DNA of 64,000 nt from Squalus acanthias (Eukaryota), in assembly GCA_030390025.1 (NCBI GenBank), contig CM059433.1, positions 24,120,001-24,184,000 on the forward strand. Reading direction: 5' to 3'. Below, piece by piece: positions 38,069 through 49,404 of this stretch. Below the pieces are notes generated by a model, which was given only the letters and a program-made list of their open reading frames with translations, ran no database searches and was not told where the DNA came from. The position numbers and the translations under genes were made by a program. Every line of letters starts with the position of its first letter. Positions within the stretch are counted from its first letter, which is position 1.

Positions 38069-39229
38069 CTAGAAGCGGCTTGCTATTAGTCGTTGACGGA
38101 CGGCCCTTGCAGTTTGACCATTGTGGGCCGCCCTCCTGCCTTGGTGCTGCTGCTGATCATCGTCCTCGGCCAGTTCCTCCTCTTCCTCCTCCTCCTCTTG
38201 TGGTGCTGCAAGGCCTGGTGGCATTGGCTGCGTCCTGAGGATTGCCATGTTGTGCAACATGCAGCACACCACTACGAATTTGGAAACTTGCTCAGGCGAG
38301 TACTGCAGGGCTCCTCCGGAATGGTCCAGACAGCGGAATCGTTGTTTGAGCACGCCGATTGTGCGCTCAATAATGTTCCTCGTTGCTTGTTGGCTTTCCT
38401 GGTACCGCAGCTCAGCAGGGGTGTTTGGCGCACGGAGCGGTGTCATCAGCCAGGTGCTCAATGCGTACCCCTTGTCCCCCAGAAGCCAACCGACTGGCTG
38501 ATGCGGTGCCTCGAAAATTTCTACCACAGTACTCTGGCGCAGGATGAAAGCATCGTGGCAGCTGCCCGGATAGTGGGCATTGACAGCGAGAATCACCTGT
38601 CTGTGGTCACAGACCAACTGCACATTCAAGGAATGGAACCCTTTTCTGTTCCGGAACTCCTCTGCATTCTCTCGCGGAGCACGCAAAGCCACATGCGTGC
38701 AGTCAATGGCGCCCTGCACCATGGGGAAGCCCGCTACCCTCGCAAAGCCCATAGCACGGTCATGCTGCTTGTCTGGGGTCATAGGGAAGGAGATGAAGTC
38801 TCGTCTCCTTGTGAAGAGGGCATTGGTGACCTGCCGGATGCAGCGATGCACCGCAAACTGGGAGATATTGGCGAGGTCCCCAACAGCAGCTTGGAATGAG
38901 CCAGTGGCGTAGAAGTTCAAGGCCACTGTGACCTTCACTGCCACCGACAGAGACGTCCTGGACCTCAGCTGAGGCTGCAGATCTGGCTGCAGCAGGTGGC
39001 AGAGCTCAGTGACCACCTCCTTGCTGAATCGCAGCCTTCGCAAACACAGCTCCTCGGACATGTGGATGTAGGAGAGCTGTTCACGATATACCCTGGGAGG
39101 GTAAGCTCTCCTGTACATGCGCCTGATGGGCCTCCTCCGTCTGGCCATCATTGCCACTCTCTGTCTGCGTCTCACTCTGCTCCGATTGAGCTGGAGCAGG
39201 ACGACGCCCCCAATCATTGCAGCCCCCAT
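38069..39229 (-). CDS. Harbinger DDE transposase (HARBI1-like), 386 aa, intact
   Basis: HTH region (ALNFYATGSFQ...ISQFAVHRCI). Catalytic motifs [54 protein letters not shown] and CCMLHN. Confidence 0.93.
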   Translation of the reverse strand: MGAAMIGGVVLLQLNRSRVRRRQRVAMMARRRRPIRRMYRRAYPPRVYREQLSYIHMSEELCLRRLRFSKEVVTELCHLLQPDLQPQLRSRTSLSVAVKVTVALNFYATGSFQAAVGDLANISQFAVHRCIRQVTNALFTRRRDFISFPMTPDKQHDRAMGFARVAGFPMVQGAIDCTHVALRAPRENAEEFRNRKGFHSLNVQLVCDHRQVILAVNAHYPGSCHDAFILRQSTVVEIFEAPHQPVGWLLGDKGYALSTWLMTPLRAPNTPAELRYQESQQATRNIIERTIGVLKQRFRCLDHSGGALQYSPEQVSKFVVVCCMLHNMAILRTQPMPPGLAAPQEEEEEEEELAEDDDQQQHQGRRAAHNGQTARAVRQRLIASRF

Positions 39230-41053
39230 CTTCTCTTTGCCAGAAAAGTAAGGAGGTACAGCAACGAAAGTAGCAGCAAAGTTAGGATGAACTAGGCAAA
39301 ACTACCTCACAAAGCGTTGAGTCAATGTAGAAGTCGTTTTAAAATAAAAGAGAGAGTTCCAGTAGAGTATGAATGTTATTTTATTGGCAATAAACTGCTG
39401 TAAAAATGTGAGATTTTTCCTCCCACCACTACTTCTTTATCACACTGTTTTACATTTTGTTGTGATTTAACATTGCTGTCAATTTCTACCATTCATTTTC
39501 CCATTTTCATGTCTGTCCCTTCCTTATACTCACTTATTAGTTCCCACCCCCATCTCAACAGTGTTCCCCTGTCTGTTTCAAAGGCACCCACCACATGAAG
39601 CAACAAGTAGAAAAGGTTCAGTCTTGAAGGCTGCCCAGTGCCTACCGGTACCAGAAACTCCTGATAAAGGTCAACCCTTTCCATTTGCCTCAGAAGTGTT
39701 TGTTGAAAACCATCATTAAATGGGATGGTGGATAATTTTAACACAAGTCTATTAGACTTACGGCTGCTTCTATGAACTAATCCATTCCGTAACTGAGCCA
39801 GTATTGAATCCCAGACCAGTGAAGTTTTGAGTCCCTGGTTTTAAACGCATTTGTCACAAAACATTGGTAACCAGCACAACAAGAGACAGTTTACCTCTCA
39901 TCTGTATCTGTGTTTGCTTTATAAAATTAATGGTTTAACTGCACAAGTCTCGTACTTGATGACAGCCAAAGTAATAGTATTCTTTATCAACATGACAGCT
40001 TAGTGTTGTTCAAATGCTTGTGATGCCAGGTGACCATTTTCTTGCTGTACGATTCAAAAGTAAGGTCTTAAAGCATCACTGCTATCTATGCATGGCTGAA
40101 AACACCTTCCTGAGTTGTTTACATGAAACACTTAACAGCTGTATCCTGCTGTGGTATCACAGTAGCTTATCTCTTTCATCACCTAGTGTACACTTCAAAC
40201 ATCTGCCACAGGTCAGAAATAGGAAGATCATTACTTTTTTTAACTGAAGCCAATTTAGTTTTTATCATTCGGCAGAATCACAGTTCGCTGCCTATGTGAT
40301 TTCTGTTCCCAGCCTGGATCTGAAACAATGGAGGATAGCTTGATTTATGACTATGAGACAAGCGTTCACTTGATTGTTCAAGCAGATTGCATTACTATTT
40401 CTGATCCAACAATTTCAATTCAATTCGTCGATGTGGGTTCAATTGGCATTGAGGAAGGAGCCTGTTTACATCTTCCCTTTTCTGACTGTGGCAGGTTCAG
40501 TATCAGCTCATTTCTTACTTCAAATAGTATTTGTATCATTATTTTAAAAAAAATTAAAATCTTTATTAAAAATGATACGAGAGCAGCTTTATTTTTGTAC
40601 ATCAGATGGCACAGTATAAATGGAGTAAATGGGGCCCGAAAGCAAGCCAGAGAGTTCCATAGGCTAATGTATACTGCAACCTGGTTCGTCAAGTGTCAGT
40701 CAACTGCGTTTGGGCTTCTGCAAACAAGGGACAAAGTGACCGGGGACAACACTGTCTGGAAAAGAATTCCACGAGAGGAGAAGTGAAGCTTTACCATTGG
40801 TACTTCATCGCTGGCATTCCATGTGGACATTTTGGATCGATACAGAATATTGAGGTGCAGCTGGCAACAGTTCTTGTCTTTCTAGTATACCATGGAGCTC
40901 TAGCTTACACGTGTGGCCCCCAATTCCCATGAGGATTGCAGTTTACACCGTTTCCCTGGGGGATTCTGCTGATCTCCCGCCGAAGTTATGGCAGGAGATC
41001 AGGAAAAGCCATATGGAAATTCAGGGCCCTGTGCATCCAAGCTGTAGCGATAT

Positions 41054-42770
41054 GGCCGGAAATTTGCCGGCGCTCAGAGGGTGGGTTCAGAGGCGGGTCC
41101 GCTGTCAAAATCTTAAAGATTGACAGCAGGTCGGGATCCCGCTCTGAACCCGCCTCCGTGTCAGTTTCCCGAGTGCGGGGTCTGCCTGCGCTTTGCAGAT
41201 CCGGCACTAAGCGGCGGGTCAGCCAATTGAGATAGTTAAGAGGGTCTTTAAAGGTAGTTGAACAGCATTTTACCACCTTCTAGCCATTTTTCCAACTTTT
41301 CTACGAGGTTCCCGGCGCTCGGGGATCACAACAGGTAAGTGTGTCGGGTTCTCTATGACTCTCCATTGCTGTGAATAGGTGACAGCTGCAAAAGTGGTAT
41401 AAAAGCTACCATTTCACAGCTGTTCACTTTCCAATGTCAGAAGCTTGAGCCTTCAGGATTTGGAACCCACTTTTGAGCTTTATGCAGTTTGGAAGTGTTT
41501 AGAGCAAACTCTCTATCCACTGTCACCTCCTTGGAGCAACCTCTCTCACCGTTGACAGATCGCTTCTGTCATCTCAACTTCAGCTGCCATCTATTCCAGC
41601 AACATCGGTGCCCTTGAAAAAATCTCACCTTGGTCCTCAGAATCCCACCACGATCAGCCCCAACACCAACATCACCAGGCACACCAGCATCACCAACAAC
41701 AACATCAACCATCTCCGCCATCACCTGATGCTGCACAGGGCACAGGGCATCAGCACCCGACCACATTGCTGCCCGGAAGCCCTGGGATGGCCAGATTTAC
41801 TTCACGTGATGCTGTACACCCTGGCTGCCACATGATGCACCAGGTTGGCATAACCGCACACCAGCACCATAAAGCATCCCTACAATGCCCAAGTCATTTC
41901 TTTCACACTCATCACAATTGCAGGGGGTGGGGGGGGGGGGGGGGGTTGGGGGTAGGGGGTTTGGTGAGGGGGTACCCTTATATCTGACCATTCACTGCAA
42001 CTCACTAAGCCACTTCCAAAGGTGCACACAAATCTGTCCAAGAACGCAAAGTGTTGAAAAGAAAGATTTCAATGTTTGACAGCACATTACCAGAAACTTT
42101 ACATGAACATTGGCTAAAACACACAAGTGCCTACCCTTGTGTGTTGTTAGTTGGTATGCTTGCAGTAGGATGAGGCTGAGTGTGAGGGGTGGCGAGTGAG
42201 ATGGGGCTGTGATAATGTAGATAGAGAGAGATTGGTGGAGGTGCAAGGTAAGTTGGTGTGAGTAAAGATGTGCAGGAGTAGGTTAGGGAAGGCAGAGTGA
42301 TGGGGATGTGATGAATGGCACAGCAGGATGAGGTTGAGTGTGGCTTGGCAGTTTCATGATCTACTGAGACCATTGAAAGGTTTGCGTCACTGCAGCCTGG
42401 TCCTCCTGACGACATCCCTGCTTGTGCCCTCCTGTGCAATGTGCAACCAGGCTGCGTTGCTCTCCTGGGGAGGTGTCTTTTGTGCAGTGCTTGTCACTGT
42501 TTGCAGCACCTCAATGCTGTAGAACACTGACAGAACAACTGTCAAATGAATGTGGACACGGCCCCTTTAAGGAAACCGGCTGATGACGTCATCAAATGAC
42601 GTCATCAGACCTGCTTCCTTTTAATTGGCCGGGAACCTCGCAGGGTGGGTTTAACAAGCCCAATCAACGGAAAGTCCTTCTCACACAGCGGGATGGAACC
42701 AGGAGCGGGGTCACCGTCCGGCACCTACCTCGGCCGCACTTAGCCTGCCTCGGTAGGCGAAATCGCGGCC
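41054..42770. mobile_element. non-autonomous Harbinger derivative related to the 53936-57813 element
   Basis: Termini ggccggaaatttgcc / ggcgaaatcgcggcc. Shares gccggcgctcagaggg(c/t)gggtt with 53936. Decayed Myb exon on - (Q*RKPFNGL) and decayed transposase start on +. Confidence 0.7.
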
Positions 42771-43767
42771 ATAGTGTGCTGAATGCACCTTCCACCCCAA
42801 GCAAAGTCTACACCCTTTCCAGAGAGCAGTTAAATCTCTGCTTTTATGGCATTAGGTGATCATAAGCCCTTAGGCCAATGTGAAGTTTGTATTTATGTAG
42901 CCCAGGATATTATCTGGTTCCCTTGCTATCCCAGACTCTGTGTAATTCCACAGCTCAGGAATCACCTCCATTTTATCCTAAACTATCTCAGTGACTCCTC
43001 TGCTGCCTTCATTCTACCTCTGTCCGCTCTACACGATCTTGGTGTTTGTGCTTTCCCCCTGTCCTCCTGGATCTCCTTCAGCTTGTTTTGCAACAAGAAG
43101 AAATAGGAAAAGAGGAAGAGAGGAAAAAAAACTATTAATCAATAGAAAATATATAAAAGGAAAAATAGGAGGAAAAAAGAATTCATGGAATTTTTTTGCA
43201 AAACAATGATAGGAAGAGGAAAGAACAAAGTGAATAAATGAAAACTAGGAAAAATAAAACTTTAAGACAGGTTTCTTTATTCGGGAATATCAGTTGTCTG
43301 TTTGTAATGCTTATTCACAGTTGTGATTTCACAAGTATTATTTCATTGACTTGACCTAGAACCACTGAGTTAATGAAAGTTAATTCATTCATTAAGGTAA
43401 ACTGCTACAGCAACTCAAAATAAATATATTCAACCTATTTTAAAATGTTTCACATGGTCATTGAAAAGTTGCAAACTTTTCGAGTCTCCTCCTATTCCAT
43501 CTACCTCGTCTCAGCCTTTCATCATATCTTTATATTATATGTTCACTTTTACACTATTAAATTAATAAAATGCTCATTTCATTTCCTCAAAACACATCTC
43601 AGTTGCGCTTGTTATTGGGAACCCAAGTAAAGAAAAGGAAAGGGCCTGCATTTATATAGTGCCTTTTGTGACCCCAGGACATCCTAAAGGGCTTTACAGC
43701 CAATGAAGTACTTTTGAAGTGTAGTCACTGCTGTAATGTAGGAACGGGAACAAATGTGAACCCCAAT

Positions 43768-44531
43768 GGGCCAGAAATTCAGGTCGGAGGCTTCCCGCGG
43801 GTGCAAGTCCCCGAACTGCCCTTAGATAGCGCGCCTGCCGTTGTGCTGTGGGCCCGCATGGGATTCCGGTCCGGGGCCTCCTCCAGCTGCCGGCGCGCAG
43901 TGCTTGCATGTCCCAGGGGCGCAGTTAGTTCGAAGCGTCCCCTGGGATCACGTGGGCCATGGGGAGCCAATCGGAGCAGGGAATCTCCATTCATAGATTT
44001 GACAGGAAGACCTGTCAAATCTATGAATAGAGATCGGCCCCAAAACCTCACTAAAACTTCAAATAAATTTTTTTTAAATCACATTTTTAAAATAACTATA
44101 AATTACATAAATTAACTATTTTAAACAAAAATTTAAATTTTTGAAAAAATTAATTCAAGTTTTTAACGGGGCTAAAAATAAACTTACCTTTCTTTAAAGT
44201 ATTTAAAAATGATAAAACTGTGGAAAAAAATGTTTAAATATTACTTAATTCACCACTTGCCTTGTTAAAAGCAGGCCCTTGCGCCTGCTTTTTACAGGCG
44301 CAGCTGCCAGGGACTTACCCTCACGGAGAAACCTGTAAAAAAACCAGTAGTTCCAGGTCTGCGCGCTGCCTCTCCCGTGCACGCGCTTGACCCGGGAACC
44401 CCTACCTTCAAGAGACCGGAAGTGCCGGTTTCCCGCGCATGCGCAGTGCATGCAGGAAACCAGCACTTCCGGTGGCCCTATGGGTGAGTAAACAGCGCGT
44501 ACTCACCCGTGGGGACCCGAATTTCTGGCCC
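43768..44531. mobile_element. Harbinger-type MITE (764 bp)
   Basis: 18-bp TIRs gggccagaaattc(a/g)ggtc with 3-bp TSD AAT (43765-67, 44532-34). Confidence 0.85.
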
Positions 44532-44761
44532 AATATTTCCGATGGCACACAGCAGTTACATACAAACAGGTGAGAACAAAACATCAGGCCCATCATTCCA
44601 CACTAAGCATCACATGGTTTAGTTTTTGGAAGTTTTGGTGTGCACTCTTTATAAATTATTAAACTCAGACCCAGTAAGTACCATTCATTTGAAGTGACAA
44701 TCACTCCTTTTAATTTGACAGTTTAACCTATTTTGATGTATGTCACTCAAAAATAAACATA

Positions 44762-46871
44762 GGGCTAGAAATTCGTTATAGCCAAGAAATGGGCAGTGTT
44801 TAGACTAAAAATGATTAAGTAGCGCCACCTGAAAATCATCTAGAAAGCACGCAAAATTCATCCTCACTCCTCAGTAAAATTATTGCAGTCATGATTCTCG
44901 TCTAAAAACCCAAGCTCATTGGCGTTACACTGAAAAGATGGACCAATATCGGGGGCAGTCTAAACTCAAGTAATGATTGCCACCGGCTTTTTTCATTACT
45001 TAAAGGGGAGATTCATTGATGCTGCAGCACCTCATTCTCAGCATTGTTGGGTGTGCAGCTGCCTCAACAACCATAAGAAGAAGTACAAGGAGAAGGAGCA
45101 CTTTTTACAAATCCTGATGGCAGATCGCCGCCCCAGGGAGAGAGCCCGGAGGTTTTTGGATGAAGCTTTGGAGGCATTGGTTTTAGCGGTGGAGAGAAGG
45201 TGGGCGGTCCTGTACTCTTCAACTGGCAGGAGGCCCTCGCCACAAGTCTGCCGGACTATGTGGAGGGAGGTGGCACACCACATCACAGGCAGCACTGTGG
45301 TCTCCAGGACCCACACCCAGTGCAGGAGGAAATTTAATGACCTCACACGGGTGGCCAGGATGAGTGAATGCTTCAACAAATGCTACATACCACCATCTGT
45401 ACCACAAGCTTCACACACTGCTCAATACACCACACCCCCAGCACTCACCCACCAACAATCTCTACCTAGCAACACTCACACCCACATCTCACACCTTGTA
45501 CACAATGACCGCTATTAAACTATGGCAGGCACAAGTGTCATTAGTTATTAAAATTCATGTCATATGTGTGATATGTTTATAGATAAATGTATTAAGTGTG
45601 TTTGGAATATTTTGTGGTCTCTCTCATTTCACCTTTACATCCAGGAGGACACTGTGATACGCCATGAGACAGGGATTGTATGATGGGGATGTGGTGAGCT
45701 ACGGGGATCTGGGGTTTCACTCATGTGAATCGGAGTCTGATGAGCCGGTCACGGACAGCCCGTCCAGAAGGCCGATTGTCTTTCTGCCTCGCCCTCCCTC
45801 CTGTTCCTCCTCCTCCTCGTCCTCTTCCTCCTCATCCTCCTCCTCTTCGTCCTCCTCCTCCTCGTCCTCCTCCTCTTCCTCCTCATCCTCCTTGTCCTGC
45901 TCCTCCTCATCCTCCTCCTCCTCATCCTCTTCCTCCTCATCCTCCTCCTCCTCGTCCTGGTCCTCCTCCTCCTCGTCCTGCTCCTCCTCGTCCTCCTCCT
46001 CCTCGTCCTCTTCCTCCTCATCCTCCTCCTCCTCGTCCTGGTCCTCCTCTTCCTCGTCCTGCTCCTCCTCGTCCTCCTCCTCCTCATCCTCTTCCTCCTC
46101 ATCCTCCTCCTCTTCGTCCTCCTCCTCTTCATCCTCCTCCTCTTCATCCTCCTCCTCCTCGTCCTCTTCCTCCTCATCCTCCTCCTCCTCGTCCTCCTCC
46201 TCTTCGTCCTCCTCCTCTTCGTCCTCCTCCTCTTCGTCCTCCTCCTCTTCGTCCTCCTCCTCCTCGTCCTCCTTGTCCTCCTCCTCCTCCTCCTCTTCCT
46301 CTTCCTCCTCATCCTCCTCTGCCTTGTCAGCCTCCTGAGGTAATCCCGCAATCCCGCAGCCCCTATGACTATGAGGAAGTGTTGTGAGCAGAAACCTTTA
46401 ACAAATAATAAGTGACTTCTGCACTTGAATCAACACTCCATGTCACCAAAAAAACTTGAAATAACTAAAGAAAGCTGTTTCAGTTGCAGGAAGTAGCAAG
46501 CAGCCACTGAAACTGCAGAACCATGTTAGTTGCAGCTGATTGGGGATGGTGCCTTTAAATATCGCTGCTTCAGCCTGCTTCCTGCTGGTAGACGCCAGCT
46601 CTCCCTGTCGTTGTTCTGCGCTGCAGTTAAGGTAAGTGGCTATAACGAAGTTGGGAGATTGGACGTCCAGTGAGCGTTGCACACGGACTGACGTCACGAT
46701 CTCCATGATGGCGAGGTCCCTGGTGATCGAGTTTACCGACAGCGCTACCGGCACCACCGATATGGCGTGCAGCGCTGGAACCAGCATCAGCTGTCGTTAC
46801 AGCTGTCAACGGCATATAAGCGCCATCTTGTGGCGCTAATGTGTGGCGCAAACCACACAAATTTCTAGCCC
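44762..46871 (+). mobile_element. non-autonomous Harbinger element (family A, copy 3) with microsatellite expansion
   Basis: TIRs gggctagaaatt / aatttctagccc with TSD ATA. Colinear with 17022-18662. Myb ORF 45117-45518. Confidence 0.9.
45800..46325. repeat. imperfect (TCC)n trinucleotide expansion
   Basis: About 520 bp of tcc/tct/tcg/tca triplets where copy 1 (about 18040-18128) has under 100 bp. Confidence 0.95.
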
Positions 46872-47572
46872 ATAGTTCCAAAGCGCTTTACAGCCAATGA
46901 AGTACTTTTGAAGTACTTCCTAAACATCACTATAAAATGTTCCCAGCCCTGGGCATAATTGTTGGGAGATACAGAGTGCTCACTTATTTCGTTTGAGGCC
47001 ATGCCTTTAGTCATCATTGAATAACAATTGAAAATCTCACTAAGATTTGCCCATTGTTGATAGCTCTGCAAGTGGGACCTCTCTAATTATTTAATTTGCA
47101 TGTTTACACTTTACAATCCACTGGATTGCTAACCTCACTGTAGGTTGTAAATTAGCAGACAAGTAAGCAGACTGTGGCATTCAAACATTTGTGCATTGAT
47201 GACACCAAATCAACATACAGTGACCTGCCAAAGTGTGTTCAATGGCTGCACACTGGATGAACATACTGAACGTTTTCAAACCTGTGAAATTGGTCGTATC
47301 AGCTTTTACCAAAATTGCCTAAAAAGGCAAAACCAAAAGAAACTGAACAGCAGCAGTCAAATTCTTCCACAATGTCAGTGATTTTATCAGACCAGCCGGG
47401 ATTACAGTAACTACTGAACTCCAAATGCTAGAACTGTTACAGTAGTGAGGAGGGATTGTTTTATTATAATGATTTCCCCTATTATTTGGCTTTATTAGTT
47501 GGTCACATAAATAATTAAAAACGACTTGAGATTAAAACAGAAGTAAAAATAAACTAACTAGTTACATGTTTA

Positions 47573-47656
47573 ATAACAACAGAAAACGCTGGAAAAACTC
47601 AGCAGGCCAGGCAGCATCCGTGGAGAGAGAAAGAGAGTTAACGTTTCAGGTCGATG
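47573..47656 (-). mobile_element. short PLE family 1 tail insertion truncated in hammerhead stem II
   Basis: Near-identical to 55173-55268. TSD acatgttta at 47564-72 and 47657-65. Confidence 0.8.
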
Positions 47657-48397
47657 ACATGTTTAGTTCACATTAGACTCTGAGAACTAATTTCATTATT
47701 AAGTTATTTAAAACAGTCAGTTAAACATTGAACTGAGATTTTTTTAACTGCTTTTTACAATAAAAAAGATAGCCACAACTAAGTAAATCAAAGTTGCGGA
47801 TTACATCTATCTAATTTTTAAATGAAGCAAACTTGCATTTTGTCGCTGCATGGTGGTGGGAGAAAGTATTACAGCTTTAACACTGTACATTGTAGTTCCA
47901 GGCTTTAAACAGCAGAGGTCACCACAATCACAAATAACGCTGCGAGGCTGATTGCCATGAGCTCCTTTCATGACCTTTGTATTGAGATACAAAGGCTCAC
48001 CACCACTTTCTCAAGGGAAACTATGGATGGGCAGTTAATGCTAGCCTTGCTAGCGATGCCCGTATCCCAAGAATGAATAAAAAAAGTAATGACAAGAGCA
48101 AAAGTCACGTCATGGTAATTGGGTACACAGCTTCTCTGAAAAATGTCATTACATCGAACACATTTGCACATCCTTCTGCTGTTATTATTCAGACCAATGT
48201 AATAGTTATAAACGCAACCATTTTACTCGGTTGTTTTCACCTCTGACATGTTTATTTGATAACATCTTGTTAATGAAAATTCTGTACAGTTACTGTATGA
48301 CAATAGCAAAATACTGCGGATGCTGGAAATCGGAAATAAAAACGAAAATGCTGGAAAAACTCAGCAGATCAGGCAGCATCTGTGGAGAGAGAAACAG

Positions 48398-48434
48398 AGT
48401 TAACGTTTCAGGTCGATGACTCTTCGTCAGAACT
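48398..48434 (-). ncRNA. minimal hammerhead ribozyme motif (family 1), stem II imperfect
   Basis: aguu-CUGACGA-a-gaguc-auc-gaccu-GAAA-CG-UU-aacu, on the same strand as and downstream of the GIY-YIG ORF. Confidence 0.6.
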
Positions 48435-49191
48435 GGAAAAAGTTAGAGCTAGAACAGGTTTTAAGCAAGTGTAGGGGCAGGGAGAGGGGGCAGGGGAGGA
48501 AAGAACAAAAGGGACGGGCTGTGACAGGGTGGAAGGCAGGAGTAGTTAAATGACAAAAGGGATGATGGTGCAAGGCAAAAGGAGATGGTAATGGGACAAG
48601 TAAAGAAACAGAAGATGAGTCTAGAGGAGGTGTAAATGGGAATGGCAGAATCATCAACAGCTGCTTTCCGAAAAAATGAGGGCAGAGGTTAAGATCTGAA
48701 ATTGTTGAACTTGATGTTGAGTCCGGAAGGCTGTAAAGTGCCTAATCGAAAGATGAGGTGCTGTTCCTCGAGCTTACGTTGAGCTTCATTGGAACTGTGT
48801 AGGAGGCCAAAGACAGAGAGGGAGTGGAGTGGAGAATTAAAACGACAAGCGACCGGAAGCTCGGGATCACGCTCCCAGACTGAACGGAGGTGTTCCGCAA
48901 AGCTTATCCCTGGTCTACTCCTCTATCACCCCCAACACCCACTCTCCTTCCCACGGCACCATCCCGTGCAAGTGCAGGAGATGCAACACCTGCCCTTTTA
49001 CCTCCTCCCTTCCCACTGTCCAGGGCCCCAAACTCTCCTTCCAGGTGAAACAGTGATTTACTTGTACTTCTTGCAATTTAGTATACTGTATTCGCTGCTC
49101 TCCTCTCCAATGGGGGGACCAAACGCAGATTGGGTGACCGCTTTGCAGAACATCTCTGTTCAGTCCGCAAGCGTGACCCCAAACTTGTTTC

Positions 49192-49228
49192 AGTTCTGAC
49201 GAAAGGTCTTCAACCTGAAACGTTAACT
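49192..49228 (+). ncRNA. minimal hammerhead ribozyme motif (family 1)
   Basis: aguu-CUGACGA-a-aggu-cuuca-accu-GAAA-CG-UU-aacu. Stem I aguu/aacu, palindromic AACGUU stem III, predicted cleavage after GUU at 49224. Confidence 0.7.
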
Positions 49229-49404
49229 CTGTTTCTCTTTCTACAGATGCTGCCTGACCTGCTGAGTATTTCCAGCATTTTCTGTTGTTATTACTGTAGG
49301 ACAATGTTCCTCCTTTATGGCCTCAGTAATTTTCAAGATGCCAGGGACATTTTCAAATGAGTAACGTGAATTAAATATTGTTCAGAGTAAATCATTGAAT
49401 AATA

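Larger units (their letters stand above)
35508..39330. mobile_element. two-gene PIF/Harbinger transposon; left TIR present, right end apparently lost
   Basis: Left terminus caa|ggggtagaaatt matches family A TIRs. GC-rich subterminal region, convergent Myb and transposase genes. No matching right TIR or subterminal region beyond the transposase ATG. Confidence 0.85.
48305..49290. mobile_element. Penelope-like element remnant (Neptune-type GIY-YIG endonuclease) in inverted arrangement with a hammerhead at each end
   Basis: Minus 48900-48690: FAEHLRSV...RKLEEQHLIFRLGTLQPSGLNIKF*, then UTR, hammerhead and tail. Plus about 48950-49185: CKCRRCNTC...FTCTSCNLVYCIRC...TKRRLGDRFAEHL, then hammerhead and tail. 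Flanked by ttactgta(t/g)gacaat direct repeats. Confidence 0.85.

Noticed and set aside
38093..38912. long antisense ORFs over the Harbinger transposase (and similar ones over LINE RTs)
   Set aside because: Shadow ORFs arising from the codon bias of the sense gene.
38069..39229. host HARBI1 orthologue
   Set aside because: It sits in a transposon context with a TIR and Myb partner, and a paralogous element is in the same window. No symbol assigned.
39481..39492. aatttctacc as the right TIR of the 35508 Harbinger
   Set aside because: Only a 10/12 match, lacking the terminal CC, the CAA TSD and the GC-rich subterminal region. Likely chance, though not excluded.
40328..40786. 152-aa ORF
   Set aside because: It runs through low-complexity AT-rich sequence and shows no recognisable domain.
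45664..46387. poly-Ser, poly-Pro and poly-Arg ORFs
   Set aside because: By-products of the (TCC)n expansion.
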